A DNA stretch of 64,000 bases, taken from contig OZ024758.1 of the NCBI GenBank assembly GCA_964016885.1, positions 23,250,001-23,314,000 of the forward strand. The letters are read 5' to 3'. The stretch is from Eledone cirrhosa (lineage: Eukaryota). Shown here in pieces: positions 38,242 through 51,815 of this stretch. The stretch's first letter is position 1. The number at the start of each line of letters is the position of its first letter. The translations under genes were made by a program, and so were the position numbers. The notes under the pieces are model-generated. The model was not told where the DNA came from. It saw nothing but the letters and a program-made list of their open reading frames with translations, and ran no database searches.

Positions 38242-39020
38242 TGTATATATAATTTTTACATATTCTGGTATTTAGGGCTTGGTTATGTGTATATGGGAGT
38301 TTTGCGTCTGCGTGAGTATGCAGGTTCGTACGTATGGTGGGTGTGTGTATATGTGTACTTCTTGTTTTAGTTGACTTACGTCTCCGAACCTTCATGTATT
38401 TATTTGTAGGTATGTGTGTGCGCTTGTTATATACGTATTTATTTACTTATATACGTTTATATAATTATTTATTTATTTGTACACAAGCATACACACATAC
38501 ACATATTTATATGTGCGTGGTTTTGTATACCTATGGTAAGGTTTTGCGTATGCTTGTGTATGTACGTTTCTGTTGGCGTGTATGTATTTATTTGTTCCTA
38601 TTACTTTTGTACTGTATTTATTTACTTTGTTCTTAACTCTGTAGCGGAGATTCATTCGGTCTCCTAGTTAGAATTTTAGTCTACGACTTCTGCTATACCA
38701 TTTACGTGGTTTTGTCTTTGCACGCTATTGTTCTCCACGCTCCATATATGACTTATTATCTTCGTTTTTTCGTTCATTGCCAGAGAACGTCTCTATCCAC
38801 CACTTAGAGAACATTAGTCTACAACCTCTTTTATACCATAAACGTGGTTCTGTCCTTGCACGTAATTGTTTTTCACCGCTCCTATTAATGACGTATTATT
38901 CGTTTTTTCCCGTTCTTTGCCAGCGAACGTCACCATGAACCAAAGTATCGTCTTCCTGTCTTCCTCCGGTTGCAACGTTTTTTGAAATATCCAGTTCTGC
39001 GTTTACAGATTGACTTTGTT

Positions 39021-39071
39021 AGTTTCAGAAGATCCCGTTAAGGGTGAAAGCAGCGATTCTTTGCTTAAACT
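39021..39071 (+). ncRNA. Hammerhead-like motif (variant core CAGAAGA) at the PLE 3' end; mirror copy at 36126-36176 (-), others at 4354-4404 (-) and a truncated one at 26946-26988
   Basis: agttt-CAGAAGA-t.ccc gttaa ggg.t-GAAA-gcag..ttgc-TT-aaact; stems I, II and III can all pair. Confidence 0.6.
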
Positions 39072-40139
39072 TTAATCTGTTATTTTAATAAATATATATA
39101 TATATATATATATGTTTCTATGTCTTTTTCTTTTTCTTTTTCTTTTCTTATATAAATAATAAAAATCTTTACACGCACAAAACCCACATCGTACCGTCAT
39201 GTCCCGTCTGTAATGTTTTTCTTGATGTCAGCCCTTGTGGTCAATAAAGAAATCATCATCATTATTATTATTATTATTAAAATTATTGGCAGTATCGGTA
39301 GAGGGTCGGACGCCATCCTTTAGGATCTGAGTTCAAATCCCGCCGAGGTTGACTTTGCCTTTCATCCTTGCGGGGTCGATAAAATAAAGTACCAGTAATA
39401 CACTGAAATAATTGTTGGCCTTGTGCCAAAAAGTAGAAACAATTATTATTATTTCATTATTATTTTTTTAGGGTTAATCTTAATGCTCCAGTATTTTATA
39501 TAGTTGTTTACCACATGTTTCTATCTTGAGTATACCAACTAACTGCATAGTCTTACATAAATACTTTTAGACCAACCCATTGTAAGAAATCAAAATTAAA
39601 TGTTTACCTATCAATCCACTGCGATGATAACTGCTACAAATAGGTTTACGTTTGTTCTTACCTCCCTTGTTTATTTCACGTTTCTTCTTACCTCCCTTGT
39701 TTGTTCCATCATATAGCATCAGTTTTGTTTTGTGTGTTTGAGGATGCACGATGCATTTATCATATGCTCTTTGCATGGTAAATGTCTCCTTCTCAACATC
39801 TCTTTGTTGTTGTTGAAGAAACCATATTTATTTTTAAAAAATTTAAAAAAACCTGATGGTAGCTGACATGGAGGGAGGAAGCTATTGTCATTTAAGCCCC
39901 ATCGTCATTCTCATGATCATCTATGGAATTAGTCACCAGATGTAGTCCATGTAAGCAGCGAATTGGCAGTCGTTAGAACGTCAGATAGAATGCTTTGTAG
40001 TATTCGTTCCGACTCTCTGCTCTCTGAGTTCAAATCCTGCCGATGTCAATAATTTTGTCTTTCATCTTTTCGTGGTAGATAAAAAAGTACCAGTTTAGTA
40101 CTGAGGTCGATTCCCTCTTTTTCTCTAATAACAATGATA

Positions 40140-42320
40140 ATAATAATGAAATGATTGTGTTCAGTGCTTAGGTGCACTACAGCTCATCAAAGGTGAATGT
40201 ATAGTACATTGAATAATGTACAAATGTCAGGAAAGTGAACTGTATGAGTCATGATAAAACACCGTCTGACAACCCACTTGGTAAACACCCACAAAATTAT
40301 TTACCATCTTGCCAACAACAACCCTAAGCACCTTTTTGAATTCCATGTGTCTAACACCCGTGGATATGCTTACAGGATCAGAAAACAGCACAGCTCCCAT
40401 GACCTTTGGAAACATCTTTTCACGTTCAGAGTTGCTGAAGCATGGAACAAACTACCTTTGTATATTATTCTATATACTATACATGCACCTTTGACGAGTT
40501 GTAGTGCACCTGAGCACTGTACACAATTATTATTATTGGAAACCTTTAAAATGGGTGATGAATACAGGGAGGAAAGAGCCAGGGGACAGCTGAAAAGGAG
40601 ATGGACAGATGATATTAAGGAATGGACAGGATGGAGTTCGGCGGAATGTACGGCAATGGCAAGAGACAGGAAAAGATGGAGTTAACAACTGATGCAGTGT
40701 CCTGACAGTTAACAACTGATGCAGGTAGTTTGTTCCATGCTTCAGCAACTCTGAACGTGAAAAGATGTTTCCAAAGGTCATGGGAGCTGTGCTGTTTTCT
40801 GATTCTGTAAGCATATCCACGGGTGTTAGACACATGGAATTCAAAAAGGTGCTTAGGGTTGTTGTTGGCAAGATGGTAAATAATTTTATGGGTGTTTACC
40901 AAGTGGGTTGTCAGACGGTGTTTTAAGGCCAGATTTTGATAATTGGTTGATTTTAAGATTTTGGAGAAGAACTTTTGCACAGAATTGATTTATTAGACAA
41001 ACATAGTTATGTACTTTGTTATGAGACGTAGATTAATAGTTGTAACTAAGTTTGAACTAATATAACTAGATATTAACTATATATTAACTCACAATTAATT
41101 TTTTTCCAGACCTGTCAACTCTCCCTGTCTGACAGGTAGATCTCCCACCCACTTTGGTGAGAGAGATATCTTCTCTTGTGAAACTGGGTATAACTTTCAT
41201 TATGTAAAATCTCCCCATTTTGCCTCATTTCTCCTCGTTTTGGGGCCCTTTTTTTCATGGTACACCCTGTTTGAGTTTTTAGAGATTGGTAGGTTTGTAT
41301 TTTCTTTTAGAAATGAATAAGCATATGTTGGATATTTAATTTTTTTTTTTTTTAAATCTTACATATCGACTTTCGTCAAATTGGACTGAGGAAACAATGT
41401 TTCCATTGGTCTTTCCAATTGCTAATACTCTCTATTGGTCGCAACTCCTGGTAGAAGGAGCAACGCGAAATAAAGTGTCTTGCCCAAGGACATAACGCAT
41501 CGCCCGGTCCAGGAATCGAACTCACAACCTTACGATTGTGAATCTAATTCTCTAATCACTCAGCCATGCGCCTTCACATCTTACATATATTGGTTTCTTA
41601 TATCTTCACATCTTACATATATTATATAAAAATAGTGTCAGTTTAAAAAAAAACACTTCTACTTTCAACTTTTAACAATTCATTCTTGTTGGTAAGCCCA
41701 CACCAGTTTGTAGATTCACCTTTTGTTGCTTGATCCTTTTTTTCTTTTTCTTCTTTTCATTTCCGTTTTATTTTTCTTCCTTTTTTGTTCTCTTTAATAG
41801 GGTGTTTTGTTTTGACTAACACTAAAAGTGGCAGTTCTCTGCAATATTTGTAGCCAAAACTTCTTCCATGCACACACACATATGTTATATATGACTTTCG
41901 GAAACATTTTTTCACACTCAGAGTTACTGAAGCATGGAACAAACTACCTGCATCAGTTGTTAGCTGTCGAGACACTGCATCCTTTAAAACCTCCATGCTT
42001 CCTGAGATTCGCCAACACTATACCTAATATTCCCCCTCCATACACACACACACATGTATATCATGACTCATACACCATTCACTTCCCTGACATTTGTATA
42101 TTATTCTATGTACTATACATGCACCTTTGACGAGTTGTAGTGCACCTGAGCACTGTACACAATTATTATTATTGGAAACCTTTAAAATGGGTGATGAATA
42201 CAGGGGGGAAAGAGCCAGGGGACAGCTGAAAAGGAGATGGACAGATGATATTAAGGAATGGACAGGATGAAGTTCGGCAGAATGTACGGCAATGGTAAGA
42301 GACAGGAAAAGATGGAGAGT
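40140..42320. mobile_element. Cluster of CR1 3'-end fragments in both orientations plus an RTE-like 3' fragment
   Basis: Matches the CR1 end at 9150-9718. 40256-40458 (+) is the inverse of 40723-40925. 40458-40681 is duplicated at ~42094-42317. Confidence 0.8.
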
Positions 42321-44544
42321 GCTGACCCTTAGATATGAGGATGGGATGAGAAGAGAGAAAATGGGTGGATTTATTTCATAGCACCAGAGACGGTTTTGGC
42401 TGGGCAGGTGACTAAGAGGTTAAGCCAAGCTTTACAGTTAGAGCTGTGGAGTCAGGGATAAAATTAGGATTAATTCAAACCTTTTGTTGTATTTTGACTC
42501 CTTTGCTTATTAAGGCAATATGTTAACCTATATATAAAACACTGCTGGTTTAGGGATTAAAATTATTTTTATAACCTTTTCTTTGTTTTGTTTGTTTTTT
42601 ATTTTGTTTTGTTTTTGTTACTAGTCTCATCTCTTAATCACTGCCATAGTAATGACTCTGAAGACAAATTTATTTAATTGGGAAATAAATAATTAGTTTT
42701 AGATATATTATGATAGTATGATGTGTCTTGAGCATCTTATACCTGAACATAGTCAATCTCTTCGAGAAGAGAAGAGAAAGAGTGATAGCAAGAAGTGTGA
42801 AATAGATACTGAGGAAGAATCAACCCTAACACAGGACTGGGTTTTTTTTTTATTAACCTCAAAATGATGAAAAGCAAAATTGCCCTTGGTGGATTTTGAA
42901 CTCGGAATATAGAGAACCAGAATAAATACTGCAAAGCATTCTATCTGGCATTATAATGACTTTTGTGGCCAATTCGCTATGTATGTCACAAAAATAACGC
43001 CAAAGTAAACAGATTTACACAAGCTGGTTTAATAACCACTGTTGTTTATTATTGTTTATTATTTTTCTTCAAAATGGCTCATATACAATTTGAATATTGA
43101 AGTAAAATTTGTAACAAAAGATTTTATCTAATATACCTCCACTCCTGAGAAGCCCCACCACCCCTATTTTGCTCAAGAACACAACACACAACCTAGTCCA
43201 GGAATCAAACCCATAACATCTTGATTGTAAGTTCAACACTCTTACGACTAGGCTACATGCCTCCATCCATATATAAATATATGGATGTGCAATGGTAATG
43301 TGCGAGAATGACAAAGCATGGAGGAGCTGAGAGAAAACCTGGGTTTAAGAGGAATCAGAAGTAGTGTGCAGAATAGAAGACTGTGTTTGGTAAGTGATGA
43401 TCACTGGATGAAAAAGTGCCAAGAAATCCCAGTGGAAGGAATCTGCAATAGATGAAAACCTGGGCTGGGGCTGTAAAAGCTGATCTCAAATTGATGAAGT
43501 TCACAAAAAAGATGACAAAGGACCTTGATGAGTGGAAGGATGTGCTAGCAAAGACCCGTCCAGCCCATGCAAGCATAGAAATGGTGACATAAAATGGTAA
43601 TGGTGGTGGCAGCAATGATGGTGGTGGTGGTGGTGCTGATGATGATGATGATGATGGTGATGATTTGTGGGTGTAATACTTTTCAGTTTGAGATATAAAT
43701 AAAATATTAATAAATAAAGGTGAATAATATTGTTAGATGCATAGAAGCAAATCTTCTTAAAATATAATTGTCACCCCCTCCCCCCTAATCACTGTCATTA
43801 ATACCTTAATTATTGCCACTACCACCACCACCACCATTATTTTAATACCTGTGTTTACATGTTGATATTGACAGGTCAACTCTACTATATGGTGTACCAG
43901 CATGCAGTTTTCTCCATCTTGTCTAGTTCTCACATATTTTCCTTGATTTGTCTCTGCTAAGCAGGGGCATATCTAGAGTATGGCAAGCATGGCTGCTACT
44001 TGGAAGGGGGCACTACCTGGACTAGGAACACTTTCTATTAAAGTCAGGTAAGCTATCATCAGAGAGTGAAAAAAGAAATAGCTGGGGATTTAACCCTGTA
44101 ATAGACTGGAGTCCTGTCCAGGGGGGAATCTTGTACTCTGTCACTTCATGCGATGGCAGTACTGGTCTAATGAGCCTTCACTGTTATATAATCTGATTAT
44201 GTGAATTCTCTCTCTTCTTTGGTTCTATTCTGTCGGGGGCAGAGGCATAACTAGGGTATAGCAAGCATAGCACATGCCATGGGTGCCACATGACGGGGGC
44301 GCCACTCGGACTAGGAGCACATTCTATTAAAGTCAAATAAGCCTCGTCGGAGAGTGAAAAAAGAAACTCCTTCAGATGTATGATCTGTCTTTGATTACCA
44401 GGGGTGAGAAACACTATGGTGGCTGGATCATTAAACCATTTATAGAAATTATTAGGCCTCTATAGGTAAAAATAAAGTGCTGGGAACTACATGATCACAT
44501 AGGTATACCTTATAGTATTACTTGTCAAATATTTCAATAGGGTT

Positions 44545-46825
44545 TTAACATTTGTCAAAGATCAGTATTACACAGATCACTCCCTTTAATATATGTCACA
44601 GATCACTCCCTTTAACATTTGTCAAAGATCAGTATTACACAGATCACTCCCTTTAATATATGTCACAGATCAGTATTACACAGATCACTCCCTTTAACAG
44701 TTGTCACAAATCAGTATTACACAGATCCCTCCCTTTAATATATGTCACAGATCAGTATTACACAGATCCCTCCCTTTAATATTTGTCACAAATCAGTATT
44801 ACACAGATCCCTCCCTTTAATATATGTCACAGATCAGTATTACACGGATCACTCCCTTTAATATATGTCACAGATCAGTATTACACAGATCTCTCCCTTT
44901 AATATATGTCACAGATCAGTATTACACAGATCACTCCCTATAATATATGTCACAGATCAGTATTACACAGATCTCTCCCTTTAATATTTGTCACAGATCA
45001 GTATTACACAGATCACTCCCTATAATATATGTCACAGATCAGTATTACACAGATCACTCCCTATAATATATGTCACAGATCAGTATTACACAGATCCCTC
45101 CCTTTAATATATGTCACAGATCAGTATTACACAGATCACTCCCTTTAATATTTGTCAAAGATCAGTATTACACAGATCACTCCCTTTAATATATGTCACA
45201 GATCAGTATTACACAGATCACTCCCTTTAATATTTGTCACAGATCAATATTACACAGATCACTCCCTTTAACATTTGTCACAAATCAGTATTACACAGAT
45301 CACTCCCTTTAATATATGTCACAGATCAGTATTACATGGATCACTCCCTTTAATATATGTCACAGATCAGTATTACACAGATCACTCCCTTTAACATTTG
45401 TCACAAATCAGTATTACACAGATCACTCCCTTTAATATATGTCACAGATCAGTATTACACGGATCACTCCCTTTAATATATGTCACAAATCAGTATTACA
45501 CAGATCACTCCCTTTAATATATGTCACAGATCAGTATTACACGGATCACTCCCTTTAATATATGTCACAGATCAGTATTACACAGATCTCTCCCTTTAAT
45601 ATATGTCACAGATCAGTATTACACAGATCACTCCCTTTAATATATGTCACAGATCAGTATTACACAGATCACTCCCTTTAATATATGTCACAGATCAGTA
45701 TTACACGGATCACTCCCTTTAATATATGTCACAGATCAGTATTACACAGATCACTCCCTATAATATATGTCACAGATCAGTATTACACAGATCTCTCCCT
45801 TTAATATATGTCACAGATCAGTATTACACAGATCACTCCCTTTAATATATGTCACAGATCAGTATTACACAGATCACTCCCTTTAATATTTGTCAAAGAT
45901 CAGTATTACACAGATCCCTCCCTTTAATATATGTCACAAATCAGTATTACACAGATCCCTCCCTTTAATATATGTCACAGATCAGTATTACACAGATCTC
46001 TCCCTTTAATATATGTCACAGATCAGTATTACACAGATCACTCCCTTTAATATTTGTCACAGATCAGTATTACACAGATCACTCCCTTTAATATTTGTCA
46101 CAGATCAGTATTACACAGATCTCTCCCTTTAATATATGTCACAGATCAGTATTACACAGATCACTCCCTTTAATATGTCACAGATCAGTATTACACAGAT
46201 CCCTCCCTTTAATATTTGTCACAGATCGGTATTACACAGATCACTCCCTTTAATATATGTCACAGATCAGTATTACACAGATCCCTCCCTTTAATATATG
46301 TCACAAATCAGTATTACACAGATCCCTCCCTTTAACATATGTCACAGATCAGTATTACACAGATCACTCCCTTTAATATTTGTCAAAGATCAGTATTACA
46401 CAGATCACTCCCTTTAATATTTGTCACAGATCAGTTTTACACAGATCCCTCCCTTTAATATATGCCAAAGATCAGTATTACACAGATCCCTCCCTTTAAC
46501 ATATGTCACAGATCAGTATTACACAGATCACTCCCTTTAATATTTGTCAAAGATCAGTATTACACAGATCACTCCCTTTAATATTTGTCAAAGATCAGTA
46601 TTACACAGATCACTCCCTTTAATATTTGTCACAGATCAGTATTACACAGATCCCTCCCTTTAATATATGCCAAAGATCAGTATTACACAGATCCCTCCCT
46701 TTAATATATGTCACAGATCAGTATTACACAGATCCCTCCCTTTAATATATGTCACAGATCAGTATTACACAGATCACTCCTTAATATTTGCCAAAGATCA
46801 GTATTACACAGATCACTCCCTTTAA
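44545..46825. repeat. 41-bp satellite (~55 units)
   Basis: (cagatcagtattacacagatcactccctttaatatatgtca)n. Confidence 0.97.
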
Positions 46826-49800
46826 ATATCCTAACATTTTAGCCAATACTTTACGCATACTTAAATGTATAGGATAACTGTTGAACAAATGAAAATACAG
46901 TTTAATACCCTAAACCCTCATTTATTTAAACTGTGCTGTCAATCCCATTTTCTAACAACTACTATATAGCTTGCTGCATGAGCAGGGGTGCAATTTCAAC
47001 GTTTGCCATAGGCAGTATTTTCCCTTATTACACCTCTGCTAGTCAGGAGATCCTCAAACATCAACTCTTGGAATATGTTTGGGCAAACTTGCTGTTTTCC
47101 TGCATTAGATATCCATACTTAAACAACAGTTTCTCATTCACATTCCAAGTAACATGCAACTAATATATTTAATGCTAATCCATTCTCTTATAGTTTACTT
47201 ATACTATTTTTCATGCTATCTAACATAGTATATACTACAACTCCTATTCAACGCCTTTCTTTCCTGCCACAACAGATTAATCACATTCAATGTCCATCTC
47301 TCATCATCATCATCATCGGTTAACGTCTATCTTCCACACTAGCATGAGTTAGACGGGTTTGTCCCAATTAGAGACAAGTTGGGCCGGGTGACCGTGTCTT
47401 GCTCATATAGGAGAGTTTCTGGTTGCCTTTCTATGACTAGCTGCCCTTCCTATCGCCAACTACATTGACAGTGTGCTGGGTGCTTTTTGCCATGTCTTTT
47501 ACACATCCACTTTACAGTGTGGGCTGGGTGTTTTGGGGTTGGTTTTCTATGGCTGGATGCCCTTCCTAACGCCAACTACATTTAACATATTTCTTACACA
47601 TGCTTCAAACAATATATTCTATGCATTGACAGAGATTGTTTTGAACCTCTTTCTTACTCTCACTACATTGCTTTCACTCCAACCATTTCCAAGTCATCTA
47701 GCTAACTGGAACTATTTACAATGTGTAACAAGCTATCTAAACAATGGACTTCCTTTACCACTCCTGTATACCTCATACATCTAAAGTCCTAATTCCTTTA
47801 CTCTGCCAGACAGTTTTCCACATCACTTGTGTGTACATTGAATGCACCGGATACACAATATCGTATTCTCACTAATTTCCTTCCTACATATTGAGTAAAG
47901 CTACTACCCACGTGTATTGATATTGATATCAGCTGGTTAGTGTTGTCATTTAGACCTAAGGAAACCTATAATCAATGTAATTCCATCTGTTCCTATTTCC
48001 CTAGCATAATATCTTAGGAATACATTATCTAACGTGTCCTTCGTTCTTTTGATGGTAGTGTGATTTTAATCATATTTGACTGCTATTTCTAGCAGGTCAA
48101 ACGATCGAGTTAGAATTCCCAGAGAAAAGGCGTTAAGCTCATTAAAACTTCATACTAAATTACGTACCTTATCCAGACCTGTCAACTCTCAACGTCCGAT
48201 GGGGAGATTTGCAATAGCCTTTGGGGTGATGGAGAGATGTCTTCTCTTGTGAAAATGGGTATAGCTTTCATTATGTAAAATCTCCCCGTTTTGGGACACT
48301 TTTTTTTATCATGGTACTCCCCGTTTTGGTTTTTAGAGATTGGCAGTTCTGCTTATCAAACGTTTAATAAACACAACATACGCTGAAAAGTGGTCGATAC
48401 ATTTTAAAATTATTCTATGTACTATACATGCACCTTTGATGAGCTGTAGTGCACCTGAGCACTGTACACAATTATTATTAATTTATTATAAGAAGGGCAT
48501 CCAGCCGTTGAGGATTTGCTGAACAAAGAGTCGAGGGGACTCTGTAGTCGTGTCATCGGCATGATAACCTCTCTAGTGTTGGTGATCTTCACGATAAATG
48601 CACCCAGCACACTCTGTAAAATGGCTAGTGATAGGAAGGGTATTCAGTCATAGAAAACCTACCAAACAAACAAGTGGGAGGGTTTTTCCGTTGTGACAAA
48701 CACATGACAACGTAAGGTTTCAATCAGGATTAGAAATCAGCTTGTAAACTTTATTCACAACAATTTCTACTCTGATTGGAACCTCTCTGTGGTAGCTCAA
48801 CATGCTAGAAATAACAACTAAATCGACCTCGAATTTTTCAATATATTCTTAGATATGCTATATCTGACAATAAGACAGGAAGATCGCGGTTGGTTCACCT
48901 TTGACTATAGGTCTGTTCCTTCAGAGATCAACTAACAACAGCAATAGTGAAATATAAAAATAAAAAAGAAAGCAATGAGTTAGCAAAAACGAGGGCCATG
49001 AACTAAATACTTTACAGTTTTTAGTTTCCTTCTGGGATTGAACCTTGCAGGGATCGATAAAGTAAGAACCAGTGGTGTGTTGAGGGCTATTCAACGACTC
49101 TGTGCATTTTCCTAAAATAAATAAATAAAATAATAATAAATAATAAAAACAAAAAAAATTGGCCATGTGCCTCGCCTAATGGAACCAATATTAGAACATC
49201 GAGCGAGGCGAGAAAGCAGCCAAGTTTTTGGTTCGGGATTATTTAAATACCACCCTATTTACGTCTCTATTTAAGAGATGGAAGAATGTTTCGGTATACT
49301 ATTTTAACTCCTTTAAAAGATTGGGGAACCCGTGCCTAATCTTAAGAAACCAATGCTAAAATTCAGTGCACTCCGTCCAACGAAGCGTAGCAATTTCACT
49401 GCATTTGAAATCTTAATGCCCTTGAGAAAGGCATGAAAGTCGCAGAATCTCAATCTTCTGTCATTTAAATCTCAAAAGTCCTGTGCTTATGTGAAAAAAA
49501 AATCAATATCATAACCCGAGAGTATTAATATTTATCTGTAAACACTATATCCAATTATAGAAGATGACTTAGAATAAACATCAGCCAGAGATGATACAAC
49601 ACGCCGCAACAACCTTACCTATGTTCATGTAAAAACAAAAACAAAACTAGAACAGGGAAAATAAAAGGTGAAGGCTTTCTATTTTCACTTGAGAAGATGA
49701 TATTTTGTAGTGTACAACTTTCTAAATAGCACGGAATATATATTACCGAAAAACAAAGGTATTTATTATCAATTTTAATTAATGAAATTGTTACTGTACT

Positions 49801-51259
49801 GTTTTATATGGTTCAGGACACAGTTTGAAACATCTAATTAAAATATTATTTTATTGTTTATTTTAAAGATTATTATGTTGTTGTTTTTTAATTATCGATA
49901 TATAAATTGAGATATTATATACATCTGACAGCAGTTAGAGTTAACTAGTGATTCGATGCTGTTGGAATGTAACAAATACTTGTCGGTTTCAAAATGAAAT
50001 CAACACAGTCCAGGACAGCGAGACTGAGAAACTGTTACTATTATTACTACTATTGCTTATTGTTTATATATATATATATATATATGTTTCTATGTCTTTT
50101 TCTTTTCTTATATAAATAATAAAAATCTTTACACGCACAAAACCCACATCGTACCGTCTGTAATGTTTTTCTTGATGTCAGCCCTTGTGGCCAATAAAGA
50201 AATCATTATTGCTACTACTTCTACCGCTACTTAATAATAATAATTGTTTCTACTATTGGCACAAGGCCAGCAATTATCACCCAACAGTACATTACTGGTA
50301 CTTTATTTTATCCAACCCCGTAAGACTGAAAGACAAAGTGAACTGCGGCGGGATAATAATAATTTCTTTATTATATATTTACAATAAAATAATAACCATA
50401 ATGATACATTTTTTTAAAGTAGCAAAAAACATAACATAGCGAATCTCTAGGTTGTTATGCTTATAACGATTAACTTTTTTTGTTTTTGGTTTTTGGTCAT
50501 TAATTTTTAATTATTATTTTAATGTCGAACTGGTTGATTCAGACACCTTGTAATAATAGATTATATAATGCGATCTAAGTGAGTTAAGAACCGATATGTG
50601 TATTTTTAGAAGTAGTATTATGTCTGCTATAATTATTAGTAGTTGTATAAGAGATATTCTTTATGGATCGACCATTTTGTTTCTCTTGATTTGAACGTGA
50701 GTTTCGTATAAATCGAAAAACCAGGGCATTTAACATGTAATTAGTTTTAAATATTTATGTTAAATAAAAAAAAAACTTTACTCGAGTCATCAATGTCCTC
50801 AGACGTCCTGAAAAGACCTGTCTGCTTCTATTAGGTAAAAACGACTTTATGTAAAATGGTACATAGATTTTTAGTTATTTATTTTTAAATGGTGTTTTAC
50901 TTTATTTAACATTATTATGTTTTACACTCCTTCGGACGTTTGTTTTGATATTAAATTTCATATAAAACAATTATTATATTGCTATATTTTGATTTATGAC
51001 ATTTGTTTCGATAACCTATCTTATCTAAACAAAACAAAAATAACTACGGGTTTTTGAGGGTATTTATTTTTTTTTAATTTTGTAACTGATGTTTACTATA
51101 AATGATTTAATTTAATATTTATTTAATTATTAATTTCGGTTCTATTAAAAATATATAGTTTAAATTTATTGTAGGAGTTTCTCAAGTTTAACCTGTGAAA
51201 TAGTATATTTTTGTAAGCACCTTACATGATCCACAGCTGAACATAAATACGGTCCCGAT

Positions 51260-51815
51260 AAAATATATGCTGACTGTTTTATAGAATATATAATGATGAC
51301 TTTTATAGAATATATGTTGACTTTTGTAGAATATATGATGACATTTATAAAATATATGATGACTATTTTATAAAATATATGTTGACGATTTTATAAAATA
51401 TATGTTGACTATTTTATAAAATATATGTTGTCTATTTTATAAAATATATGTTGAGTATTTTATAAAATATGTTGACTTTTATAGAATATATGTTGACTTG
51501 TGTAGAATATATGATGACTTTTATAAAATATATGCTGACTAATTTATAAAATATATGTTGACCATTTTATAGGATATACGTTAACTATTTTATAGAATAT
51601 ACGTTAACTATTTTATAGAATATACGTTAACTATTTTATAGAATATACGTTAACTATTTTATAGAATATACGTTAACTATTTTATAGAATATACGTTAAC
51701 TATTTTGTAGAATATACGTTAACTATTTTATAGGATACATGTTGACTATTTTATAGGATATGCGTTGACTGTTTTATAGAATATTTGTTGATTATTTTAT
51801 AAAATATATGTTGAT
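51260..51815. repeat. ~23-bp AT-rich minisatellite
   Basis: (gttaactattttatagaatatac)n, homogeneous in the centre and diverged at the edges. Confidence 0.9.

Larger units (their letters stand above)
36102..39095 (-). mobile_element. 5'-truncated Penelope-like retroelement with an inverted copy of its 3' end (inverted pseudo-LTR structure)
   Basis: 36102-37068 is the near-identical reverse complement of 38248-39095, apart from a SINE insertion. An RT/GIY-YIG ORF lies between the arms, and (TA)n flanks the right end. Confidence 0.92.
34533..39258. mobile_element. Tx1/L1-like LINE 3' portion (+, 35124-35962 continuing at 39112-39258) with an inverted 3'-end copy (34533-35127); interrupted by the PLE
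   Basis: zf-RVT-type motif LAWQCYRGALPVRDKL..CPRCAQSDETVVHTFVQC. The 3' UTR ends aataaagaaatcatcatc. Other copies at ~1345-1740 (-) and 50059-50205 (+). Confidence 0.8.

Noticed and set aside
44545-46825. CRISPR-like regular repeat array
   Set aside because: Units are contiguous with no unique spacers, there are no cas genes, and the context is eukaryotic. It is a satellite. The same applies to 14360-15742 and 21613-22008.
49150-50840. Possible EEPD1 promoter or non-coding first exon (slightly CpG-richer unique DNA, possible donor near 50835)
   Set aside because: No sequence-only evidence strong enough; it needs transcript data.
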